Part shown: positions 13,391 through 26,970 of the stretch, piece by piece
Layout: the number at the start of each line of letters is the position of its first letter
How positions within the stretch are numbered: the first letter of the stretch is position 1
Origin: Anolis carolinensis
Taxonomy: Eukaryota
NCBI RefSeq assembly: GCF_035594765.1
Contig: NC_085841.1
Coordinates: 187,969,574-188,033,573 of the forward strand
Direction of reading: 5' to 3'
Length of the DNA: 64,000 nt
Program-made: the position numbers and the translations under genes
The notes under the pieces: generated by a model
Database searches by the model: none
Seen by the model: only the letters and a program-made list of their open reading frames with translations
What the model was told of the DNA's origin: nothing

Positions 13391-14151
13391 TATTCCCAAA
13401 TATGAGTGTGGTTCTTCCCCCTCCCCTTAACAGTAGGCTCACATCAGGGTTAGATGGCCAGGAAAGGAGGTATTGAGCTGGGCATGAAGCAAGGAGGCTG
13501 GCTGGCAGAAACTGTTCTGCCTATGGCCTGAACAAGTGGCAACATAAAACATTCAAGGGAAGAGGCCAGATAAGATAGGTAAAAATCAGAGGAATGTGTG
13601 CATGTGGATTTTGATCTTCAAGGTAAGGAAGTAAGAGAGGCTTATTAGGCCTCTGGCTTACCTGAAAGACTTGAAATTAAACACTTTGATCACATCCACT
13701 TTGGAGATTTGAAACTTAAATCTTAATATGCCAAAGCCAATCATTTGAAGTAAGAGAGCGGAGGTGGGTTGGATTTTATCACCATATGCATAAGACCTCA
13801 CACATTAAAAAAACCCAGGATTAATTTTATGCCAAGGGAAAAATGCCTAACACCTCCTAAATCCATGCTCATCACCATAGAATAGAGTCCCCTCACCCAC
13901 CCACCCCAGCTATATTTTGAAAGACTGGAAACTTTGGAAATACCATTGAATGCTAAACATGCACGGAGTATTTTGAAATCCATTCAGTTTACGAATACAG
14001 AAAGTGACTCAAGTAGGTTAAAGGAATGGATGACCTATATTAATTGTTCTTAAAAGTACAGCTCATGTATGAATACTGAAAGCTGCTTTCCAAGCTTCAT
14101 ATCAGAGGAATTGCATCCTTTAGTGGCCAATCTAGGAGCAATATTGGCTTG

Positions 14152-14366
14152 TATTGCCGAAGGCTTTCATGGCTAGAATCACTAGGTTGCTGTGAGTTTT
14201 TGGGCTGTATGGCCATGTTCCAGCAGTATTCTTTCCTAAAGTTTTGCCTGCATCTGTGGCTGGCAACTTCAGAGGTTCTAAAAATGCCAGCCACAGATGC
14301 AGGTGAAACATTAGGAGACAATGCTGCTGGAACATGGCCATAAAGCCTGGAAAACTCACAGCAACC
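14152..14366. mobile_element. Short Penelope-derived fold-back insertion
   Basis: Internal inverted repeat; 13-bp TSD CAATATTGGCTTG; homologous to the PLE end at 33760-33890. Confidence 0.8.
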
Positions 14367-15154
14367 CAATATTGGCTTGGGTTACCCCACTCTAACCTTG
14401 AATGACCCTCAGCATTTAGAAGCCGGTGGCAGTATGCCAGGAGCACACCATTACTGGAAGTGCCTTGATAGCCCAGCAATGTCTCTGACTGGCATTTCCA
14501 GGATTTCCAGCAGGAATCTTTCCCAACAGCCTTGCACCTCAAAATGCCATGTATAGGACCTGAGACTTGCTGGATGCAGAGCACATTCCTTTTCTTCTGG
14601 CAACTAAATGGCAGAGTCTTGTGTGAGTTTGTAGTTTCTACCTGAGACATCAGAAGATGTTGAAGCCCCTCTCTGATGTTTGTTGTGAGGATAACATGTT
14701 TCTCATCTCATGGGGAAAAAACTTTCTTCCCTGCTTTCTCCTTCTCTTCATATGTCTTTGTTTATTATCTCTCAATTACTGGCACTTAAATCACTCTTTT
14801 ACTTTGCTGCTGGGCACTTGTTCCTTATCTATAACAGCCAATTTAAACTTCTCACACAACAGCAAGCAAGAATTCTTGAGTAGCCAACACGATTGTGGGG
14901 TGTTACTGAATTATATGTTACTGAATTTTTATTGCAGGAAGGGATGCCTTTTGGATTTTAAACTTTTTGCACTCAAAGCCTCAGGTCTACCTCTGAGCTA
15001 AAAGTTTCCTTAGTGCAGTGGCAGTACTTTGTTTCCTGGACAACATATTCAGTTGCTTGTTCCTCAAAAATTTCATAAGTTCCTTAAAGGGCTCAGAGCA
15101 TTAGTAATTTGTTAATCTGACTGCTACATTTTTATTTTGAAAGAGGATCTAGAA

Positions 15155-15289
15155 CAGTGGTTCTCAATTTGTGGGTCCCCAGATGTTTTGGCCTTCAGCT
15201 CCCAAACATCCTAACAGCTGGTAAACTGGCTGGGATTTCTGGGAGTTGCAGGCCAAAACACCTGGAGATCCACAGGTTGAGAACCACTC
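15155..15289. mobile_element. hAT-type palindromic MITE
   Basis: Same family as 3293; degenerate TSD ATCTAGAA/CACTAGAA. Confidence 0.88.
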
Positions 15290-15510
15290 CACTAGAAGAA
15301 TGTGAAAAGTTGATGTGGTTGAACACCATTTCCTCATAGCGGCCCAATTTATTGTCTTTTTTATTAAATTGGTTGTTGTTTTACTTCCTTTCCCAACTTG
15401 ACATTTTCCAGATGCCTTGGACTACAAAACCAACCATTCAGTTGTTGGACAGAGGTGATGGGATTTGTAATTGCAAAAATCTGGAACCTGCCAAATTGGG
15501 AAAGGTGGTA

Positions 15511-15978
15511 CAGTAGAGTCTCACTTATCCAACATAAATGGGCCAGAAGAACGTTGGATAAGCAAAAATGTTGGATAATAAGGAGGGATTAAGGAAAAGC
15601 CTATTAAACGTCAAATTACGTTATGATTTTGCAAATTAAGCTCCAAAACATCATGTTTTACAACAAATCGACAGAAAAAGCAGTTCAATACATGGTAATA
15701 CTATGTAGTAATTACTGAATTTACAAATTTAGCACCAAAACATCGCAATGTATTGAAAACATTGACTACAAAAACATTGGCTACTAACAAATTGATTCCA
15801 AATAAAGATAGAATTGCACAAAAAGAACTTACAGTAACGACACTGTCAGAAATTAAATACGTAAAAAGTTCAGTCCTTACTGCCTAGAGAAACAGCTGTG
15901 GATCCGAGCGGGAGGCAGATTGCATTGGATAGTCTAGAACGTTGGATAAGTGAATGTTGGATAAGTGAGACTCTACTG
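15511..15978. mobile_element. Tc1/pogo-type MITE
   Basis: TIR CAGTAGAGTCTCACTTATCCAAC, TA TSD. Confidence 0.92.
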
Positions 15979-16232
15979 TATTTACTAGCTATCGATTATA
16001 TTTTATCACCCATTGGTGTGTCTCATCTTTCCTTCCTCAACTACTAAATATATCTGTACTGTTTCCCTCACCTGTAAAACAATATGGATTATTTCTCTGG
16101 ATCATAGAGGTTTAATAAGGAGATAAGAGCCATATTCAATAATTAGTTCCAAATAGAACATTGAACACTGAAATGTGCTACTTTGATTTAATACAGAGAT
16201 GCGAGTCATCTAGCCCTCCCAATTCTTAATAA

Positions 16233-16562
16233 GAAAAGATAAAGGTTTTCCCCTGACATTAAGTCTAGTCGTGTCCGATTTTGGGCGTTGATGCTCATCT
16301 CCATTTCTAAGCCGAAGAGTCGGCGTTGTCCATAGATACCTCCAAGGTCATGTGGCCGGCATGACTGCATGGAGCGCCATTACCTTCCCATAGAAGCGGT
16401 ACCTATTGATCTACTCACATTTACATGTTTTTGAACTGCTGGGTTGGCAGAAGCTGGGGCTAACAGCGGGAGCTCACCCCACTCCCTGGATTCGAACTGC
16501 TGACCTTTCGGTCAGCAAGTTCAACAGCTCAGTGGTTTAACCCACTGTGACACCAGGAGCTC
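16233..16562 (-). mobile_element. Sauria SINE
   Basis: Matches the 8672 copy; flanking TTCTTAATAA duplication. Confidence 0.9.
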
Positions 16563-17130
16563 AGTGTCTAGTTCTTAATAATGGTTTAGTAAATACTTTT
16601 GTGAAGAAATTCTCTTCAATTACTCTAGGAAAATAGTTGTGTAGAGCAATACTAATTTTGCCAGGTCTTTTATATGTCTTGGCTGTAGGCAAATGTCATT
16701 CAACTTGCTTATATTACAGTTAGGAAACATCAACTGCAGAACTAATCCTACTGCCACAAGAAAAATATCAGCCATAAATAAAATGGATCTCTGGTCCAGC
16801 GAGCAAGCAACCTTGAATTGAAGTACAACCCTGCCCCACTTTCTTATAGATTTCTTATCTTCCCCTCCCCAATGTTTCCAGATCTGTCTCCATACGCTGT
16901 CAAACCTCCTGTTGTTTACCTTCCACAGGTGAAGCCTGTCTTCTCAACCCTTCTGCCTTTTTCACACCTTTGCTCCGCCTCAGTTGTAAGAAAATACACC
17001 CTTCAACATTTCACAGCTAAAAATTAGGATCACTAGAAAACCAGGACCACAGTGTGGTCAAGATGACAGAAGGACACACACAACTTAGGAGAGTTTGGCA
17101 GCTATTTGCTGAAATAACAGAGTACAAACT

Positions 17131-17343
17131 ACAGTAAGACTTCCATATCTATTGGGGATATGTTTGTGGACTTCATGGGAATTGTGCAGATAATAGTGAA
17201 ACCAATTGAAAAAAAAGGATACCTTGTCCAAGAATACCATAAACTCAGCTATTCAACATAGAAAATGCATAGAAACATTTCTTTTTGGATATACATAAAT
17301 AAATCTGTAGAAACCAGTCCCACAGATATAGGGTTGTACTATA
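17131..17343. mobile_element. Old Tigger-like MITE
   Basis: Degenerate TIRs tacagtaagacttccatatct / agatatagggttgtactata. Confidence 0.45.
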
Positions 17344-18978
17344 CTTTTACATTCAGAATTCTGTTTGCAATAATGGACAGAGCCAGGGTGTATGTTGGAT
17401 TTTTTTTTTTAAGTAGTCAAAAATGGCGGAGTGACAGAGGAGTAATTGAGATAGTACCTGCCAAAATGAGGCAGTCAGGGTGTATGGTCTATCAATCTCT
17501 CCCAGCAAACTGCCTTATGGTCAACAGATTCCTTCTTTCTTCCTCTCTGCTTACAACAGCCCAGAGCAAATGGAGCAAAAATCTTTGCTCCAGTTATCTG
17601 CTAAAGTTGCTTGCAACGTTTCTGATGTACATAGTTGGATACCGACTGTAGTGACATTTAAGCCTCATCAGACTAAAAGTTAACTATGCAAGTGACTTAA
17701 TAACAATACTGTAGTTTGTTCCAAGCTAGAGGAGAGAAGGGATGGGTGGGTTTATTTTATTTTATTTTTTGCAAACCACAATTGGCGACGCTGTTGTTTC
17801 TTTGGCAAAACAGGGAATATTTATTCATTGTTCCTAAATTTGGAGGCCCTTTGGGAACACTTTTGGCAATATTTATATTTGTAAAAATAACATTTTTTGC
17901 AAGATGAAAATGACAGGAAACACTGAGCTGCTTTGTAAAAAGAAGTTGATAAAAATAACTTTGAAAAACAACATTCCAAATTCTGATAATGAGCTAAATG
18001 ACATGAGGGAGAAGCAGACTTGTGGCAGATTTATGTCTCTTGTAACAGAATTCTGAGTGTTAAATACATAGGGCCTGAAGGTCAGCAGATCTCTTTGCCA
18101 GGTAAGCGGCCTCATCCAAACTAAGCAAAGATCAGGTCCTCAGAATAGTGGCCAGGAGGCAAAGGTTGTCCAGAAGTAGGAGCGACTATGAGACGAATCT
18201 TTGTATTAAGACTCAAAATAGCTCAGGCAGAAGACCCAAATGGAGGGCCAGTGGGTCAAGTGGAGTTCTGCAATGTTCCCTTGGTCAGTCCCACATGAGC
18301 CTTTAATGGTGGCTCCTCTGAACAACACAATTTACCTAGTAGATCTTTAAAACAATGGTCTACTTCAGTGACGGTTGACAGTTTGCGACCCCATAAGCCT
18401 TACAGACCAACTATATAAGGTTTTAATCATATGATGTTTCTGACTTTTAACAAGTCACAGGAGCAACATCTATATATATAAAAGAGTGATGGCATCACGG
18501 CAATTCACAAAACAACAAAAGTACAGGCCCCCCAACCTCAAAATTTGACAACACAACCCATCATCCATGCCTCAAGGTTGATACAACAAAAAGAAAAGAA
18601 AAATAAAGTCCTAATTAGAGGGAGAGCAATAATTTTTTTTATCCAATTGCTGCCAGTTTAGAGGGCTAATCTCTGCCCACTTGGTTGCCTAGCAACCAAG
18701 GGACAGCCAGGTTTCAGTTAGGGGACAGGCAAATTTAGGCCTCACTGCGGCTTCTTCCACAGATTATCTAATTTGCACTGGATTATATGGCAGTGTAGAC
18801 TCAAGGCCCTTCAACACAGCTATATTACCCATTTATAATCTTATATTATCTGCTTTGCACTGGATTATCTTGACTCCACACTACCATATAATCCACTTCA
18901 GTGTGCATTTTATACAGCTGTGAAGAAGGAGCCTCATATAATCCAGTTCTAAACAGATAATATAAGATTAGAAATATA

Positions 18979-19630
18979 CAGTAGAGTCTCACTTATCCAA
19001 CGTAAACAGGCCGGCAGGATAAGTGAATATGTTGGATAATAAGAAGGGATTCAGGAAAAGCCAATTAAACATCAAATTAGGTAATCGTTATACAAATTAA
19101 GCACCAAAACATCATATTATACAACAAATTTGACAGAAAAAGTAGTTCCATGCGCAGTAATGCTATGTAGTATTTACAGTAGAGTCTCACTTATCCAACA
19201 CTCGCTTATCCAACGTTCTGGATTATCCAACGCATTTTTGTAGTCAATGCTTTCAATATATCGTGATATTTTGGTGCTAAATTCATAAATACAGTAATTA
19301 CTATATAGCACTACTGTGTACTGAATTACTTTTTCTGACAAATTTGTTGTCTAACATGATGTTTTGGTGCTTAATTTGTAAAATCATAACTTAATTTGAT
19401 GTTTAATAGGGTTATCCTTAATTCCTCATTATCCAACATATTCGCTTATCCAACGTTCTGCCGGCCCGTTTATGTTGGATAAGTGAGACTCTACTGTACT
19501 GTATTTACAAATTTACCACTAAAATATCACAATGAATTTAAAACACTGACTACTAAAACATTGATTATGAAAAGGCAGACTGCGTTGGATAATCCAGAAC
19601 ATTGTATAAGCGAATGTTGGATATGTGGGA
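18979..19630. mobile_element. pogo-type MITE with a second copy (19177-19496) nested inside in opposite orientation
   Basis: Inner copy has both TIRs and TA TSD; outer sequence resumes at 19499. Confidence 0.85.
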
Positions 19631-20066
19631 TTCTTCTTTAATATGAAATAATTACTGGGATAGAATAATGCAGAACAATATAATCTCTAAAACCAGGACA
19701 GTAAATAAACAGGGGAATCCCACACAGGAAACAATCAGGGCCAGCTAACACCTCCCAACAAAGTATTCCCATCATCAAAATCAGGCAAATCCTCTGTTTT
19801 CTCAGGGCCACAGACAGTAGAAGCACATAAAATATCGCAAACAACACCACTCTGAAAACAAGGGAATTCCAGACAGGAAACAATCAGGGCCAGCTAACAC
19901 CTCCCAACAAAAAAATTACTCAGGGAGGAAACAGCCAGGCTTTAAAGCTGCAAGGCCATTACATCCTAATCATTTTTCCTAATTGCAGCATTCATACTTG
20001 CCTCCAACAAACAAAAAAAAACCAATCAGAAATATTGTATATTCACAACCTTTAGGAAATAATATC

Positions 20067-20391
20067 CCCTGATGGCGCAGCATGTTAAAGCGCTGAGCTG
20101 CTGAACTTCTGGAACAAAGGCCACAGGTTTGAATTGGGGGAGCGGAGAGAGCCCCCACTGTTAGCCCCAGCTTCTGCCAACCCAGAAGTTCGAAAACATG
20201 CAAATGTGAGTGCATCAATAGGTACTGCTCCGGCGGGAAGGTAACACCGCTCCATGTAGTCATCCCACATGACCTTGGAGGAGTCTACGGACAACGCCGG
20301 CTCTTCGGCTTAGAAATGGAGATGAGCACCAACCCCCAGAGTCAGACATGACTGGACTTAATGTCTGGGGAAAACCTTTACCCTTGACCTT
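20067..20391 (+). mobile_element. Sauria SINE inside the Helitron
   Basis: Reverse complement of the 8672 copy, ACCTTT tail. Confidence 0.88.
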
Positions 20392-20632
20392 AACTACCAC
20401 CAATTCCTCAATACTTTATTTCCCAGACCACCAGACTTCGTCACAGCAACGCGTGGCCGGGCACAGCTAGTTATCATATAAGCAGAGAGCAAACACACAC
20501 GGATCAACTTCTAGGATAAGGGTTCCTGATTTTAATGCATATGCTATTTATGGGAGCTGATTTGTACTGCAATATCACTTATCTCTTTAGAAAATAAACC
20601 ACGCTATATACCACTCTAGACATCTATGTGCC

Positions 20633-20712
20633 TAGAATCATAGAGTTGGAAGAGACTTTGTGGGCCATCCAGTCCAACCCCCTGCCAAGAAGCAGGAAAA
20701 TCACATTCAAAG
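20633..20712 (-). mobile_element. CR1 3' tail fragment
   Basis: Reverse complement of 40675-40751. Confidence 0.8.
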
Positions 20713-21574
20713 TATTTAGTGCCTAGAATAGGACACTTAGTAGGAGAAAAGCTAAGCTGACAGGGCCTTGAATCCCAGTTAATACATTTGAGGCCAGGAT
20801 AGTTACTTTTCAACCCTGGGTCCTAATTTTCAGTCTTGTGTCATTGAAATGACATGAGATATGAGAAAGAGCTGCTCTCATCATATGCAGAGTGCTCTTC
20901 CTTTACCAATGAATAATCATTTCCAGCATATTTAAGACACTGAAGGGCTTCCTAAATAGGAATCATCTATATTTTTGGAGTTTTGAGGGCTGATCTCAGG
21001 ATCAACTCCTATTGTACGCAGGATTCAGTCCTAACACACACACACACAGCATACAGTTGCTGCCATCCCTCCCCTGTTTTTTTCCTTCCTGTCATTGCTT
21101 GTTAGGAACTAATCGTCTTGATCAGCTAAGCCAACTCATATGATTCATTTGGGATTTTGCTAAAGTGTTCAGTTGCTGAGTGTGATTATACCAGATTCCT
21201 CAGGAGGACATACCCAGGAGATGAGACACATCATTTCAAAACATCCCACAGGATTCAAGATAGCTCAGCTATTGCAAAACAGCGCAAGAAACTGCCATTC
21301 AAAGAGCACATTTGGAATACCTTTGCTAATTAGGATGGGGATCTGGCCAGCTTGCCCATCAGAGGTTGGCTGAGGGAGGGGGGAGCTAGCAAAGACACAA
21401 AATTTAAAACGTGGTTGCTTCATATTGGCCCATATACATTTGCATGGAGAAATGGGCCCACATCATCTATCACTTGATTCAGGAAGACCCGTTCACCTTA
21501 GCCTGCATGGTACTGTAATGCAATAATGGGACAGTGCTCAGCCATGGGGGAGAAAGTGCCTTCAGGGCACATTA

Positions 21575-21901
21575 AAGGTTAAGGTTTCCCCTGATGTTAA
21601 GTCTAGTTGTGTCTGACTCTGGGGGTTGGTGCTCAACTCCATTTCTAAGCCAAAGAGCCAGCGTTGTTAGTAGACACCTCCAAGGTCATGTGGCTGGCAT
21701 GACTGAATGGAATGCTGTTACCTTACCACTAGAGCAGTACCTATTGATCTACCCACATGTGCATGTTTTAAAACTGCTAAGTTGGCAGAAGCTGGGGCTC
21801 AGAGCAGGAGCTCACCCCGCTCCCTGGATTCAAACTGCCAAGCATTCGGTCAGCAAGTTCAGCAGCTCAGTGGTTTAACCCACTGCAGCACCGGCTGCTC
21901 C
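21575..21901 (-). mobile_element. Sauria SINE
   Basis: 12-bp TSD CAGGG(C/T)ACATTA. Confidence 0.9.
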
Positions 21902-22284
21902 CAGGGTACATTAGCCAATGGAATTGTGCCTTGAGTAAAATTTGAAGGAAAGAATCAGAGAAAAACTCACAGGAGCTTGCACATGTCTACTTAACATGTG
22001 ATGTCTCCGTCCTTTGGGAAAGGGGCCTCGATTAGGTCGCCTAATCCAGCAATTTGATTCCATGCTCAGTAAAATATAGCACAGGCTTTATTTTGTTTCG
22101 TTTCATTTGTGTTCCATCTTTCTCCCAGCATGAGACCCTTGATGCAGTTTCTCAAATTGTAGGACTTTCGACTCTTATTGTGATTTTTCTTCCTGGGCCT
22201 TGTGTCCCATCCCTCTTGGTTTAGCATTACACCAGCTCCAAAAAGCTGCAACTGTGAGATATCATTCCATTGACAAATGAACAA

Positions 22285-22576
22285 CACTATATAATGTATT
22301 TTTTGTTCCTGGGTTATAAATGTCATTTCCTAATTGGTTTTATCATAAAAACATGGGGAAAGTTTATTAAACTGCAAAAACTTTGTTTTTGCGGGGCATC
22401 CTACAGCACATTTTGCTATACATATTCAATGACTATATCTCATAGAGTCTCAACCAATTCAACATAGTTTGTGGCAGCCACCAAAATGAAGTATCAGAGT
22501 AAGTATTGCACAATGAAACAGGAAATAACACTTTCAAACCAGGAACAGAATTTTTTTTGAATGTTGTTACACAATG
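22285..22576. mobile_element. Non-autonomous DNA transposon, Chapaev3-like
   Basis: CACTATATAA terminus followed at the far end by TAA; inverted homologue at 28165-28460; superfamily tentative. Confidence 0.55.
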
Positions 22577-23399
22577 TAATTGTTTAGAACAGAGGTGGGG
22601 TTTATGTATTAGTCCTTCAGCTACTGATGGGCTGCAGCTCCCATCATCCTACACCTGGATCCCATCAGCTTGCAGAGATCCACACCATTTATACCCCCAG
22701 TTTTATGAAAGTCATCTTGAATACATTGCCTGAATTAACTGAAGGCACATAACAAAGCGTCAGCATATAATAGCCTTTTGTAAAGGTTAATGTCTTCTTA
22801 AAAATCCACATTTTCCCTCTCCATGCTCAGTGAACTGTATCAGTTCATCAGAGCAATTAGCTTTCAGATTTAGTTTTGTCTTAATCTGGATCAAGCAGTA
22901 ATGGGGAACAAAAATGGTCGTGTTTCTTGGTAGAGATCAATTTTCATAATTCTCCTGTCTTCAGGCACATTAGACAGATTCACCAAAAGAGCTTGATTGA
23001 TTACTCTGGAGATAGAGACAGCCTGGAGGAACAAATGCAAGTCATTAAAGGAATTCTGGCAGCGAGGTGTTAGAAGTCAAAATGGCAAGGGGGGTGTTTG
23101 GGTCAAACTTCAAGCGGCTATAATTTTTAAATTGCAAAGCTCAGGGATGCAAAACACTTTCCATATGAGGATTGGAGAAAAAGACGAAGAGTCTCAGCTA
23201 AGAAATGAGATGGCTAAGGTGGTGCTGGGACTGAATGAGCAATGTTTAACTGACAGTGCCAAGCAGGTTGGAAAGAGGAAACACTGTGTGTTGTGATACA
23301 TTCATATGGAAGATTTAAAACAGAGCAAAGGAATGCTTTTCATCCAGCACAATATTAACCCAGGAGTCCAAGGTTTTCTGCCATTAAAAATGGATCCAG

Positions 23400-23828
23400 T
23401 TCCTGGAATGTAGGACTTGATGTTGACAGAAGACAAGAAAAAATACTGGAGGTCTTTGGGGAAAATTCACCTTGATTTGGGGGAGTTGTAGTTCATCTAC
23501 ATCCAGAGAGCACTGTGAACCCAAACACCGATGGATCTGGACCAAACTTGGCACACAGAACTCCCATGATTTGCTCAGCCTGCTGGTGGGGTTTGAGGGG
23601 ACTGGCTCACCGCAGTGGGAGTTGTACTTTACCCTACAGCCAGAGAGCACACTGAATTCCATCAATAATGCATCTACAGCAAACATACCCAACATAACTT
23701 TAAGTATTGGTGGAGTTTCTCGGGGTTAATCTGACATGATGTGTAGTTCATCCACAACCTTTTGCATTTTGTACAATTAAAAACGGACTTTTTCAAATAA
23801 CCCAGGCAATGCTGGGTGCCCAAGCTAG
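23400..23828 (+). mobile_element. Helitron 3' portion of a second family (5' boundary uncertain)
   Basis: CCCAG-gcaatg-CTGGG hairpin then CTAG|T at 23828. Confidence 0.65.
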
Positions 23829-24240
23829 TAAATAATGCACATGGCATTCTGTGATCCTCCAGATTTGATCATCGAAAAAGGCCACCATCTCGCATAGAAT
23901 TTCTCAGTCTCCAGATAACCATCATGTAACCAGTCTGGAGGTTGTCAGGCTGACACTAGAAGCTTTTGAAGCTCTGTCCAAAGCATTACAACTTGGCAGG
24001 TTTGATTTAAACATTTCAGTTTGGCAGAGGTTTTAGGTCTTATGTAAACTTGTAGGAGTTTAGAATAGCCTTTTCTTTTAAAAAATGTTGTTTGCTTTTC
24101 ATTTAACCGAATAATTAAGTACTGGAATGCTAGGTCTGTGTAGCAGCTGCATTGCATAATATGTATATTTGAAATTGCAACCCAGCTCAAGTATTCACAG
24201 AGGTAATCAGGAATGGGATGCAGAGCAAAATGAAGGTATT

Positions 24241-24413
24241 GTCAAAGGCTTTCATAGCTGGAATCACTGATGTGTTGTGTGGTTTCTGGGCTGTATGGCC
24301 GTGTTCTAGCAGCATTTGATGCTCTGAAGACACCAGTCACAGATGCAGCTGGAACGTCAGAAGAAAATGCTGCTAGAACACAGCCATACACCTCGGAAAC
24401 CACACAACACCTA
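24241..24413. mobile_element. Short Penelope-derived fold-back insertion
   Basis: 14-bp TSD AAAATGAAGGTATT; internal inverted repeat. Confidence 0.8.
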
Positions 24414-24434
24414 AAAATGAAGGTATTACAATAA

Positions 24435-26175
24435 TCTATATATATAAAATGGTAATAGAATCCCGGCACTGAGCAAAACAACAAAACTACATATCCCACA
24501 ACCTCAAAATTTGCCAGCACAACCCCTCATCCCTGCCTCTGGGTTCATATAACAAAAATAAACAACAGGAACCACCACAGGGCCTAAAAACAAAAACGCT
24601 CCATGTGCGCCTCCGCCACAACGAACCCCAGGCACGGAGAGAACAACCCCCACCCCTCCCCTCAACAGGCGCTCCCGCGCGCTCCCCTATTCCTGCTCCG
24701 AGGCACCGCAACCAAGAAAAACCTCACCCAGCGGCCCTCAACATGGCACCAGGGAGGAGGGACCAGCAAGGCCTACACAGTGCCCCCCACCGCCGCCCTC
24801 CCCCCGGCGAGGCCTGGCCGGGACTGGGGCCGGGGGACGTGGCCAGGAGAGGGCCGGGAGGCCAGGCCTCCTCCCCGGCCACCCTCCTCCGGGATGACCT
24901 CCTCCTCATGGTCATCAGGGAAAGAGAGCGAGGTGGGAGGGAGGGAGGGAGGGGCCTTGCCCACGTCGCCCCCTCAAACAGGCACACCGAGGCCACGGAG
25001 GGGCGGGGGCCAGAAGGGAAGCAGGAAGAGTTCTCCCTCCATTACTTTCAGTTTCTCCTCCTCTACACCTCAATTCCAATACAGTAAAGTCTCACTTATC
25101 CAACATTCTGGATTATCCAACACAATTTGGTAGTCAATGTTTTAAATATATCGTGATATTTTGGTGCTACATTTGTAAATACAGTAATTACTACATAGCA
25201 TTACTGCCTATTGAACTACTTTTTCTGTCAAATTTCTTGTATTGCATTATGTTTTGGTGCTTAATTTGTAAAATCATAACCTCATTTAATGTTTAATAGG
25301 CTTTTCCTTAATCCCTCCTTATTATCCAACATATTTGCTTATCCAACATTCTGCAGGCCCGTTTATGTTGGATAAGTGAGACTCTACTGTAAAAACAATC
25401 ACAACCACAACAATAATCATCAACAACTTCACAGGCAAGAACCACCCAGGCACTGAAGCTGCAAGGCAACATTCACACTTGACCTCCAAACAGACAATAC
25501 AGTAGAGTCTCACTTAGCCAAGCTTCACTTATCCAAGCCAGTCTGCCATTTAGTAGTCAATGTTTTCGAATTACATGTTGCAATGTTTGCGTGCTACATT
25601 CCTAAGAACAGTAATTAATACATAACATTACTTTATATCATATGTAATAATTACTATGGTCTAATAAGAAAACAGAACAATAGAATCTCTAAAATCAGGA
25701 CACAAAATACAAAACAACACTCAAAAGACAGGGACATTCCAAACACGGGAATTCCACACAGGAAACAATCAGGCCCAGCTAACACCTCCCAACAAAGGAT
25801 TCCGTCAACCAGGAAACAGCCAGGCCTTGAATCTCCAGGGCCATTCAATACATTCAAAACGTAACTAATTGCAACCTTCATACTTCCTGCACTCAGACTA
25901 TTCATTGCTATTCAACCTGCCCAACCAACAATTCCACAAGGTAGAAAGCGGCCAGGCTTCAAAGCACCAACACTATTCACTCCTCTTCAACCTCTCAAAC
26001 CAATATTTCCCCTACATAAAAAACCCTCACATTTGGAAGCCATCACACCACTCCGTCCCATTCAACCAGCCAAAGCAAGGAGGCCCATACATAGAAAGCA
26101 CCCAGGCTTGGAAGCAGCGAGGCGATTCAGTGGAATTCTAAATGGCCACAGCAACGCGTGGCAGGGCACAGCTAG
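24435..26175 (+). mobile_element. Non-autonomous Helitron, 1741 bp, with GC-rich cargo, pogo MITEs (25082-25389, 25500-25640) and Penelope-derived repeats
   Basis: A|TCTATATATATAAAA...GCCACagcaacgcGTGGCagggcacagCTAG|T. Confidence 0.9.
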
Positions 26176-26970
26176 TATAATATAATATCTTTATTCTTAT
26201 ATCCTGCCACCATCTCCCCAAAGGGACTTGGGCTGGCTTACATAAGGCACAAGGTTCTTAAAAAATAGAGCATAAAATCGACACAATATAAAATACAACT
26301 GAATAAAATATATGTAAAAAGCAACATAAAACTCAGATTAAAACAGTGCTCATCCATCAATGGTGGTTAATGTAAACATGGCCAGGCTGTAAACAATAGG
26401 GCAAGGGAATGGGAATAAGTGCAAAGCTATAACCGTGAGACGAGCATGGGATGAAATGCAATGCTGCATAATAATTTCGTTGATCAGCTAGGGACTATTC
26501 CCTCTCCCAATTGGGATTTTCCCCATACAAAGGAATTTTAACAGAGACACTGAAAATCATTCATATCAAGGCATCTTCTCTTTACTGTGTTTGTATTCCC
26601 ATGACGATGTTGTCTTCTCACTTTGCTTTGGATGCATGAACTATTTCTAAATTGAAAATGAACTTTGAAGTTCCTGTAAAACAGAACAAATCTGGGAGTA
26701 AAGTAAAATTTCATTTGATGAGTAGAATTGTTACTTAGGATGACAATAGCTTCATACTGCCACTCCCTACAACTACATCCCTAATAAAGTGGTGGATGGC
26801 ATCAGTGCAAACCAGGGCATGGCAGGAGTTGCAGTATTTTCCAACTCTGTATTTTCTGTGGAATCAGAAAAAGGAGAGGGAATGAGAGCTACATAGGGTA
26901 TGAATCTGGGGTAGCTTATGAGTTGATATAAGCTGTTTATTTTACCAAAACTTCACTTCCTTGTAGATGC

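Larger units (their letters stand above)
18469..20470 (+). mobile_element. Non-autonomous Helitron, 2002 bp, carrying TE cargo
   Basis: A|TCTATATATATAAAAGAG...CAGCTAG|T, no TSD, subterminal hairpin; ends shared with the 24435 and 55603 copies. Confidence 0.9.

Noticed and set aside
24603-25133. Plus-strand 160-176 aa Pro/Gly/Arg-rich ORFs
   Set aside because: GC-rich Helitron cargo with no recognisable domain
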